Source of the DNA: Chitinophagaceae bacterium
Lineage (GTDB): Bacteria > Bacteroidota > Bacteroidia > Chitinophagales > Chitinophagaceae
Assembly (NCBI GenBank): GCA_039919885.1
Contig: JBDSEV010000022.1
Coordinates: 43,284 to 107,283 of the forward strand
Reading direction: 5' to 3'
Length of the DNA stretch: 64,000 bases
Part shown: positions 37,079 to 44,739 of the stretch, in pieces
Numbering within the stretch: the stretch's first letter is position 1
How the letters are laid out: each line of letters begins with the position of its first letter
Notes under the pieces: generated by a model
Database searches by the model: none
What the model saw: the letters and a program-made list of their open reading frames with translations, nothing else
Told to the model about the DNA's origin: nothing
Translations under genes and position numbers: made by a program

Positions 37079-39412
37079 ATGAAAAATATTGTAACCCTTA
37101 CCGGGAAACTATACAGCTGCGCAGCAGTGTTTATGCTCCTTTTTTTAAGCCAGCAATATGGCCACGCACAAGCGTCCGCCAAAATAAAATTCAGCAACAG
37201 TTATGTAAATATTACCCGTAATACCCTCGGTGGTACGGTTGAATCCGGTGATATCCTGGAAATCCGCACTACATTATATGTGAACAGCACGTACAACACA
37301 ACGGGAATGATCTACTACCTCCGCTATGTCGATAACCTGCCGTCCAATACCGCCATATCAGCCGCAAGCACCCTCAACCTCATTACCAATGAAGGTGTTG
37401 CCCTTAAAACATATACGCAAGCACCCGATGCGGATGCCGGAACGTACCTTGCTACGCCATCTGTTGGGGAATTCCAGGTTAAAGTTAATATGGGTGGTTT
37501 CCCTTTTAGCGCGGATCCATCTGCGCCGGCAGACAACTCACCAACCGATGTAACGGGTTCGGGAAATCTGAGGGGCAACGTAAACAAGCCAAAATTTGGT
37601 GGCGGCACCCTGGTGTCCACGGCGTTCCGTGTGCAGGTAACCGGTAGTACCGGCGATATCATCACACTTGGCAGCGGGCATTTACTATTTAAGAAAACAA
37701 ACGTGCCAGGCGACCCCGATACTTCCATCAACACCATTCCTTATCAAATTTTAATTTCCGCCAACGAAAGCCTCTGCTCCAATACGGTAGGAACCAATTT
37801 TGCCGATGAGTTTGCCGGGAGTTTTGGCAGTGGCAATTCCCTGAACAGATCAACAGGACCCAGTTTTGCTTTGCCTGGTTATACTTACATTCCAAATGTG
37901 AGCCTGTACCCAAGTGTGGGCATAAACGATGGTTATTATGCAGTAGTAAATAATTCCAGTCCAAAATCGGCCACGGATCCAAATGCGCGACGCCAACCTA
38001 ATTGCGCACTACCAGCAGGTCCTATTGCACCCAATGACTCGTGTGCAGGAAGAATGTTTGGCGGTTTTTGGTTCATCAGTGGCGACCATACAGGAACCAT
38101 GGATGCTATTGGTAACCCACCACCAGGGCCAGGCGCCACCGGTGGCTATATGCTGGCTGTAAATGCTGACATTGCTACCACGGAAGCCTATAAGCAAACC
38201 ATCTCTGGCCTGTGCCCCGATACCTACTATGAGTTTTCAGCGTGGGTTAAAAATATCTGCCCGCTCTGTGGTCTTGATTCATCGGGTAGCCAGACCTACA
38301 AACCCGGTGTATTACCCAATCTTACTTTTGTGGTTGACGGTGTTGACCGCTATTCATCCGGTGAAATTGACACGCTTGGCTGGTTGAAAAAAGGCTTCCT
38401 TTTTAGGACCAATAGTGGCCAGACATCCATCGTAATTTCTATACGCGACAATGCACCCGGTGGTGGTGGAAACGACTGGGTACTGGATGATATTACACTG
38501 GCTACCTGCAGCCCAAACCTGGCCATGTTGCCATCGCCCATAGCACCAGTTTGTTATGGTAACACGGTTGATATCTCCTGCGATGTAACCAGCTATTTTT
38601 CAAATTATACGCATTGGGAATATGAAAAAAGTACGGATTCAGGCGTTACCTGGGTCACAACAGGCGTTAGTGGGGTGGGTGTACCGGTCCTTACGGCCGG
38701 ACAATACCAGTACAATGCAGCATACCCAACATTTGTTGGAGACAGCAGCGTACACAAGAATGTATACCGCATCAGGATTGCCTCTTCTGCGGCAAACCTG
38801 GCAGATCCTAACTGTTCTTTCCTTGCTACCACTACCATTGTAATAAAGGTTAACAATTGCCAATGGGTATTGAAGACAGATATTACAGCTATTTCCGGAC
38901 AACTCAAAGACAATGCCGCTACCGTTCGCTGGTCAATAGCAGACGAAGCGCCGGGTGTTGAATATGCGGTGGAAAAAAGCACCGATAAAATTAATTACAA
39001 ACCTGTTGAAAAAGTGGCCGCAAAAATGCAACAGGCGGCAAACTATGTGTATAACGATCCCGAAATATTAACGGCTCCTGCGTATTATCGTATTAAAATA
39101 ATTGACAAGGATAAATTTAAATTTAGCAAAACAATCCTGCTGAGTCCTTCGGGATTGTCATTGGGAATAAAATCGATCACCAACCCGTTTGTACAAACCC
39201 TCGCTTTTGATGTGCTGGCACCTTCAGCGGGCATGGCCGGCGTACTGGTGATTGATAACTACGGTAAAACAATATACCAGCGGAAGGAGCTGGTCAGCAC
39301 AGGAATTAATCCTGTAAAAATTTATCTGCCCGCACTCAGCAATGGCATTTATACTTTGCGTATAGAATTCAATAATACCGTTATTAATAAAAGGGTCATT
39401 AAAGCAAACTAA
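37079..39412 (+). CDS. T9SS cargo protein, paralog 3. It has no PPC-like repeats; otherwise DUF11-like domain, core, Ig-like domain, Fn3-like domain and CTD.
   Basis: 777-aa ORF with a signal peptide (…LLFLSQQYGHAQA). It is the most divergent member but keeps SYVNITRNTLGGTVESGDILEIR, FWFISGDHTGT, GGYMLAVNA, LCPDTYYEFSAWVKNICPLCGLDS, IRDNAPGGGGNDWVLDDITLATC and YYRIKIIDKDKFKFSKTILL. Confidence 0.88.
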   Translation: MKNIVTLTGKLYSCAAVFMLLFLSQQYGHAQASAKIKFSNSYVNITRNTLGGTVESGDILEIRTTLYVNSTYNTTGMIYYLRYVDNLPSNTAISAASTLNLITNEGVALKTYTQAPDADAGTYLATPSVGEFQVKVNMGGFPFSADPSAPADNSPTDVTGSGNLRGNVNKPKFGGGTLVSTAFRVQVTGSTGDIITLGSGHLLFKKTNVPGDPDTSINTIPYQILISANESLCSNTVGTNFADEFAGSFGSGNSLNRSTGPSFALPGYTYIPNVSLYPSVGINDGYYAVVNNSSPKSATDPNARRQPNCALPAGPIAPNDSCAGRMFGGFWFISGDHTGTMDAIGNPPPGPGATGGYMLAVNADIATTEAYKQTISGLCPDTYYEFSAWVKNICPLCGLDSSGSQTYKPGVLPNLTFVVDGVDRYSSGEIDTLGWLKKGFLFRTNSGQTSIVISIRDNAPGGGGNDWVLDDITLATCSPNLAMLPSPIAPVCYGNTVDISCDVTSYFSNYTHWEYEKSTDSGVTWVTTGVSGVGVPVLTAGQYQYNAAYPTFVGDSSVHKNVYRIRIASSAANLADPNCSFLATTTIVIKVNNCQWVLKTDITAISGQLKDNAATVRWSIADEAPGVEYAVEKSTDKINYKPVEKVAAKMQQAANYVYNDPEILTAPAYYRIKIIDKDKFKFSKTILLSPSGLSLGIKSITNPFVQTLAFDVLAPSAGMAGVLVIDNYGKTIYQRKELVSTGINPVKIYLPALSNGIYTLRIEFNNTVINKRVIKAN

Positions 39413-39551
39413 CAGTTGGCGGGCAAATACCTAACGGGCGTGCAAAAAACGCTTTATTCTTGCCTGAAAAACCTATTATCTTATGATTACCAGCCTACTA
39501 GAAAACAAAAAAATACTGTCACCGGCATTGGTTTCACGTAGTACTAGTACG

Positions 39552-39583
39552 ATTGCGATTAAGGCCCGCAACGACTACTTTTG
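39552..39583 (+). promoter_or_regulatory. Putative sigma-A promoter of paralog 4 (ATTG-N20-TACTTTTG)
   Basis: TACTTTTG at 39576-39583 matches TAnnTTTG, with TTG 20 nt upstream. The ATG is 50 nt downstream. Confidence 0.45.
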
Positions 39584-39632
39584 AACAGACGGATCAACAG
39601 GTAATTGTTGCCTGAAAACCAAATCTGTATCT

Positions 39633-41903
39633 ATGAAAATACCTTTACCTAAACCTCTCCTAAGCAGCCTCCTTATTGTACCGGCCGCAGTGTGCATATC
39701 ATTCGCTGCCACTGCACAAACCGTAGACTATGGAAAAAGCTATATCAATACAACCAAGGGGACTGCCGGCGGCACCATGGAACCAGGCGACACCCTACAG
39801 ATAAAATCAACTTTTGTAGTAAAGTCCGGCACGCTGGACAGTTGTGGTTTTTTTGATAACATACCGGCAGGAACGGTTTACATACCGGGAAGTCTGGCAG
39901 TATTAACCAATGAAGGAAAAGTATATAAGGCATTTACAGATGCCGCAGGAGACGATGCCGGCTGGATAGCGGGTACAGCAATCAGAATTAATCTTGGCTT
40001 TAATAGCCTGGGCGGTAAACAGGCAAGCGCCTTGCGGAGAGGCCAGATAAAAAATACGGATAAGCCTTCTTTTTACAACGGCACCTGTATTATGGTTGCT
40101 TCCTATAAAATAAAAATAAACACCGCTTTGGGCGGTCAGATCAACGTAGGCGGCGGGTATGTAACCTATAAAAGTGGTTCCAGCGCAATTACAACCAGTT
40201 CCTTCCCGGTAGACAATGTTGCTATTTTTACCAACTATGGTCTTTGTTCTAATTCTGTGGGCGCAAATGCGCTGGGTACGGAATTTAACGGCACTTTCGG
40301 GGGAGGAAAAAATAAAAACAGGGGTACTTCTGCAAATGTACCGCCCAGTTATACCTATTCCCCTTTTACTGCAAACAATCCAAATGATTATTACTACGGC
40401 ATTTCAAACAATACCAGTACGGCGGGCGCAGGCTACAGCATTCTTAACTCATGGCCAAAACCGGATCCTTCTGCTACTTCGCACCGGGTGTTTACCGTAT
40501 GGGATATCATAGGCGATCATACCGGCGCCGTAAATCCTATTCTGGGCAACCCTCCTGCAGATACCGTAAACAAAAACAATGGCGGTTATATGCTGGTCAT
40601 CAATGCCAGCTACCGTATAGACTCTGCATTTAACCAGACCATCACTGGTCTTTGCCCCAATACTTATTATGAATTTTCCCTCTGGATAAGAAACATCTGT
40701 TCAAAATGCGGTTGTGATTCCAATGGCAGGGGTGCTACCGGCGGCGTAGGATACATACCCACTGCACCCGGTGACTCATCAGGCGTAAAACCAAACCTTA
40801 CGCTGGCCATCAATGGCGTCGATTATTACACCACAGGAGACATTGCATACAATGGTCAATGGATAAAAAAAGGCTTTACTTATTTAACGGGACCGATGCA
40901 GACTTCGCTAACCGCAATGGTGCGCAACAACGCGCCCGGTGGTGGCGGCAACGACTGGGCCATTGACGACATCGCGCTGGCCACCTGTATGCCTAACCTC
41001 AACCTGGATCCATCACCAAATCTTACTGTCTGCGTGGGCAACCAGGTAGATATGTCCAGCGTGATCAGTTGCTATTTTTCTAACTATATCTATTGGCGCT
41101 GGGAAAAAAGTGTTGACAATGGTGTCACCTGGACCAATACAGGTATTTCAGGAACCGGCACACCCGTTTATAATGCAGGACAATGGCAGTATACTGCTAC
41201 GTATCCATCGTTCCTGGCAGACATTTCTTTAAACAATGCAAGGTTCAGGATTACAGTGGCCTCCACGCCACTCAATTTAGATGATGCAGGCTGTTCTTTT
41301 AGCGCCGCTACGGTGATACAGGTGCTCACCAGTACTTGTATGGCGCTGCCCGGTAAACAGCTGGCTTCCTTTAAAGGTAAAGCTGTCAATGATTTTGCCA
41401 CCCTCGACTGGACCGCTATAAATGAAACTTCCGGGATGTTTTTTGAAATTGAAAAAAGCACGGACGCAATGCATTTTCAAAAAGTGGGGACCGTAAATGC
41501 CGTTGCCGGAAACGGAGACACGCATCGCTATACATTAACGGATATGGAAGTATTGACCGGCGTGACCTACTATCGTTTGAAAATGGTTACAGCAACAGGT
41601 TTTGTCTACAGCCAGGTAGTTAATTTGTACGGAGGTAGTATCAGTTTCGAACTAAGATCGCTCCTTAATCCATTCGATAATTACCTTTCGTTTGATGCTA
41701 TAACATCAGCCGATAAAAAAGTAACCGTTTTATTATTTGACAGTTTTGGCCGGGTGGTAAAACAGAAAAAAGAAATCTTGCATGCGGGTTTTAATAAAAT
41801 CATCATGACGGATTGCAGCAGCCTGAGCGATGGTACCTATTTTTTACAGGTACAGGCAGCAGAACAGGTAATTAATAAAAGAGTAATCAAAATAAAAAGA
41901 TAA
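39633..41903 (+). CDS. T9SS cargo protein, paralog 4, with no PPC-like repeats
   Basis: 756-aa ORF with a signal peptide (…CISFAATAQ). It keeps YGKSYINTTKGTAGGTMEPGDTLQIK, VWDIIGDHTGAVNPILGNPPADT, GGYMLVINA, LCPNTYYEFSLWIRNICSKCGCDS, VRNNAPGGGGNDWAIDDIALATC, YYRLKMVTATGFVYSQ and a T9SS CTD. Confidence 0.88.
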   Translation: MKIPLPKPLLSSLLIVPAAVCISFAATAQTVDYGKSYINTTKGTAGGTMEPGDTLQIKSTFVVKSGTLDSCGFFDNIPAGTVYIPGSLAVLTNEGKVYKAFTDAAGDDAGWIAGTAIRINLGFNSLGGKQASALRRGQIKNTDKPSFYNGTCIMVASYKIKINTALGGQINVGGGYVTYKSGSSAITTSSFPVDNVAIFTNYGLCSNSVGANALGTEFNGTFGGGKNKNRGTSANVPPSYTYSPFTANNPNDYYYGISNNTSTAGAGYSILNSWPKPDPSATSHRVFTVWDIIGDHTGAVNPILGNPPADTVNKNNGGYMLVINASYRIDSAFNQTITGLCPNTYYEFSLWIRNICSKCGCDSNGRGATGGVGYIPTAPGDSSGVKPNLTLAINGVDYYTTGDIAYNGQWIKKGFTYLTGPMQTSLTAMVRNNAPGGGGNDWAIDDIALATCMPNLNLDPSPNLTVCVGNQVDMSSVISCYFSNYIYWRWEKSVDNGVTWTNTGISGTGTPVYNAGQWQYTATYPSFLADISLNNARFRITVASTPLNLDDAGCSFSAATVIQVLTSTCMALPGKQLASFKGKAVNDFATLDWTAINETSGMFFEIEKSTDAMHFQKVGTVNAVAGNGDTHRYTLTDMEVLTGVTYYRLKMVTATGFVYSQVVNLYGGSISFELRSLLNPFDNYLSFDAITSADKKVTVLLFDSFGRVVKQKKEILHAGFNKIIMTDCSSLSDGTYFLQVQAAEQVINKRVIKIKR

Positions 41904-42047
41904 CGTCGCTTACTCTCATGTCAATGGTAAAGACCATGAGTTGTTGATCCGTACCCCGTATCTTGTTAGGTAATGGATGACTGTTGCAGCAGCTTCGCAG
42001 TTGGCAGCTTCAGCATCGATTATTAAATTTTCAACTTGCGGTTGTAC

Positions 42048-42075
42048 AAAACCCCGCCTGTAGAGGTGGGGTTTT
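42048..42075 (+). terminator. Rho-independent terminator closing the paralog array
   Basis: The sequence is aaaa-ccccgcc-tgtaga-ggtgggg-tttt: a 7-bp stem with one G-U pair and a 6-nt loop, where the A and T flanks can extend the stem. Confidence 0.65.
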
Positions 42076-42321
42076 ATATATTTTACCGTGGCAGTACACA
42101 ACTGGTGGAATGGCGCCTGCATAACCACAAAAAAATCCCGGCTAATGGTTAACCGGGAGGGAATTGGAGTATTATGCGAACCCTGTTTCAGGAATCTATA
42201 AAACGTTTTATTCCGGAATTTGTGGAAGACCACCAGGTTAAACAGGCCTTCATTGGCTAACCTGCAACGCACTCCGGCTGGTGGTCTTTTTCAAAAAATA
42301 AGTTGTTAGAAACGCCCCTGC

Positions 42322-43677
42322 TTAATTCACTCTTGAACGGGTAAGGTTAATTGTATAGCCGGAACCGGACGAAAAATCGTACTGGTACATTTTAATCAAC
42401 CCAACGCCTTTTGCGTACCATTGCTTTAAAAAATATATCTGCTTTGTACCAATTGCTGGTAGTGTAAGAAAATAACCGGTATGCACTTCCAGCACATCAG
42501 CATAGGTTTTCGCGCCAACCGTATAATTAGCCAGCTTCTGTGAAAGTGTATCGTTGATGGCACCTGTGCGGCTGGCACCCTGGTAAGATCCCGAATAGGC
42601 GGTTATCCAGGTATTACCCTGTGTTACATTGTCTTTCAAAAAAATATGTTGTAAGCCCGCGGCGATGCCGGTACTGGTATCTGCAGGATAATATTCGTAA
42701 TAAGTGTTGCCACTCTTCCAATAATAGCTACTGTCCGAACCCGCAGTTCCATAATCGTTCACAAAAAGATTATAATTATTACCGCCGAAAACTTTGGTTG
42801 AGCCGGAACTTCGTACATAAAGCGTATCAGCGGGAGATCCGCCTTCAGCCAGGTAGCTCCAGTTTGAATTAGCAGTTACTGGAAAATAATCTCCCACCCG
42901 TGGCGCCGAAAAATCTACTTCTGCTTTGGTACAACCATCTTTTGTAACTGCTACCGTACCGGAAATAGAATCCGTACCACATTTTGCTACCCATGGATAA
43001 TTACCTGCAGGCAATTTAACAATGAAAGCCCCCGCCGCGGTACAACCAGATGGCTCAGCTGCATAGAAACTAGTTATCTGTCCTGGTTGATTGCCAATGG
43101 TAACGGCAATGGGTGTTGTACTGGTACCACCGCCGCAACCTGCCTTGCTCCATAAAATTACCTGGCCGCTGTCTGTTGGTGCAGGCGTTACACCACCACC
43201 GCCTTTTAGCACGGCAGAAAATTTACCTTCCACAATGGCTTTTGACTCAGTACCACTCAGCGCTTTACCACTGAAGGTACCCGTTATGCCGAATGAGTCA
43301 ATCTTTGTGATTACAATGGTAAAAGAATCTACCGAAGTCTGATCGGTTTGATAGGTAGGCGTACCACCTTTTATATACGCAAATAAACTAAAAGGTGTTC
43401 TGTACGTGCCCGGTTTAAGGTCCGCCCCAAAAACCTGCAGGGTAATTTGCGAAGCGCCATCAGCAGAACGACCAATTAACGTCATAAATTTATACGTGGC
43501 GATGGTATCAATGGATGCAGAATCTATTGAGCCTTTAAATTGCACACCAGCTTCCTTGAACTCCCATTGGGCAGAAGGATTTCCACCCACAGGAATTTCC
43601 ACACTATATTCTTTCTGGCAGGAAAAAATGGCTGCACTGGCTATTATTAAAACAAACAAACGCTGTAAATACTTCAT
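42322..43677 (-). CDS. Hypothetical lipoprotein
   Basis: 451-aa ORF with a lipobox (LIIASAAIFSCQKE). It is a Gly/Thr/Ser-rich, probably beta-rich protein with no family recognised. Confidence 0.75.
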   Translation of the reverse strand: MKYLQRLFVLIIASAAIFSCQKEYSVEIPVGGNPSAQWEFKEAGVQFKGSIDSASIDTIATYKFMTLIGRSADGASQITLQVFGADLKPGTYRTPFSLFAYIKGGTPTYQTDQTSVDSFTIVITKIDSFGITGTFSGKALSGTESKAIVEGKFSAVLKGGGGVTPAPTDSGQVILWSKAGCGGGTSTTPIAVTIGNQPGQITSFYAAEPSGCTAAGAFIVKLPAGNYPWVAKCGTDSISGTVAVTKDGCTKAEVDFSAPRVGDYFPVTANSNWSYLAEGGSPADTLYVRSSGSTKVFGGNNYNLFVNDYGTAGSDSSYYWKSGNTYYEYYPADTSTGIAAGLQHIFLKDNVTQGNTWITAYSGSYQGASRTGAINDTLSQKLANYTVGAKTYADVLEVHTGYFLTLPAIGTKQIYFLKQWYAKGVGLIKMYQYDFSSGSGYTINLTRSRVN

Positions 43678-43819
43678 TTTTATGAATTTAACTTGATAAG
43701 TTGCCGAACAAGAAAGGCAATAGCGATGGGAGCGATCGTTTTCCGGCCATTATCCTGTTTAATTACGAGGTAATAGCACGAAAGGTTGGTTGAACAGGCT
43801 GGACAAAACTACAAATGTT

Positions 43820-44533
43820 TCACAAAACCTGCATATTATCGTTAACAGGGCTGTTGGTTTCCACAGAAGCATGTTGATCCTCGTCTTCTTTTTTAAAAAA
43901 CCGCCGTTGAAAAACCAGGATAGCAATTACACCTGTGGAGATTGCAGCATCGGCAATATTGAAGACCGGGCTGAAAAAAGTAAACCGTTCCCCTCCTATA
44001 AAGGGTATCCATTCCGGTAAGAATTTATCTTTTATAATGGGGAAGTAGAGCATATCTACCACTTTACCATGCAAAAAACCTGCATACCCTTTGGGCGGAA
44101 GAAACTGCGCTACATGGTGAGTAGTACTTTCATCAAAAATAATTCCGTAAAACATGCTATCAATGAGGTTGCCCAGTGCCCCGGCAAATATCAAAGCAGC
44201 ACAGATAATAAAACCGCGGTGGTAATTTTTACGGAGAAAATTGCGGAGAATAAAAACGCCTGTAATTACTGCTATTAGGCGGAACAGTGTAAGCGTCATT
44301 TTACCCCAGTTTCCGCCCAGTTCCCAACCCCAGGCCATACCGGAATTTTCTACAAAATAGATTTGAAACCAGTCGCCGCCCAGCGGGCGTAAACCCTTGT
44401 CGTATGGCGTAAGCATAGCATAGGACTGAGCCAAGTCATCAGTCAAAGGCATATGCGTCTTTACCCAAAATTTAATTGCCTGGTCCGTTATAAGAATGAG
44501 CAGGATAAGTAAAACAATATTTCTTCCCTTCAC
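43820..44533 (-). CDS. lspA: Lipoprotein signal peptidase (signal peptidase II)
   Basis: 237-aa multi-TM ORF with the LspA motifs ENSGMAWG and FNIADAAISTGVI. Confidence 0.88.
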   Translation of the reverse strand: MKGRNIVLLILLILITDQAIKFWVKTHMPLTDDLAQSYAMLTPYDKGLRPLGGDWFQIYFVENSGMAWGWELGGNWGKMTLTLFRLIAVITGVFILRNFLRKNYHRGFIICAALIFAGALGNLIDSMFYGIIFDESTTHHVAQFLPPKGYAGFLHGKVVDMLYFPIIKDKFLPEWIPFIGGERFTFFSPVFNIADAAISTGVIAILVFQRRFFKKEDEDQHASVETNSPVNDNMQVL

Positions 44534-44739
44534 GGTTGTTTTTTAATTGGCAAATATAATGGTTTCACCGGCAGCGCATCATTTGCGCCAAGGTGTCATA
44601 GTTTCCTTTTTCATGGCGAATGGCCGGTAAAAAAAGTAACCAACGGTTCGCAAGATTGACAAGCAGCATGATATATAATTTTGTTAAATAAATGCAAACG
44701 CCGTTCATTAATGCAGTTAAATCTCCCGGCAACGTTCGG

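Noticed and set aside
28306-41903. Phase-variation (invertible promoter) or diversity-generating retroelement control of the paralog array
   Set aside because: No recombinase, invertase or reverse transcriptase gene is in the window. No long inverted repeats flank the promoter regions; the only one is an 8-bp AT-rich match (28306/28425). There is no template-repeat-like duplicate of a variable region.
41916-42272. 118-aa minus-strand ORF downstream of the paralog array
   Set aside because: It spans two terminator-type hairpins (42048-42075 and cccggctaatggttaaccggg near 42137-42157), has no signal or family features, and has an odd composition. It is probably non-coding.
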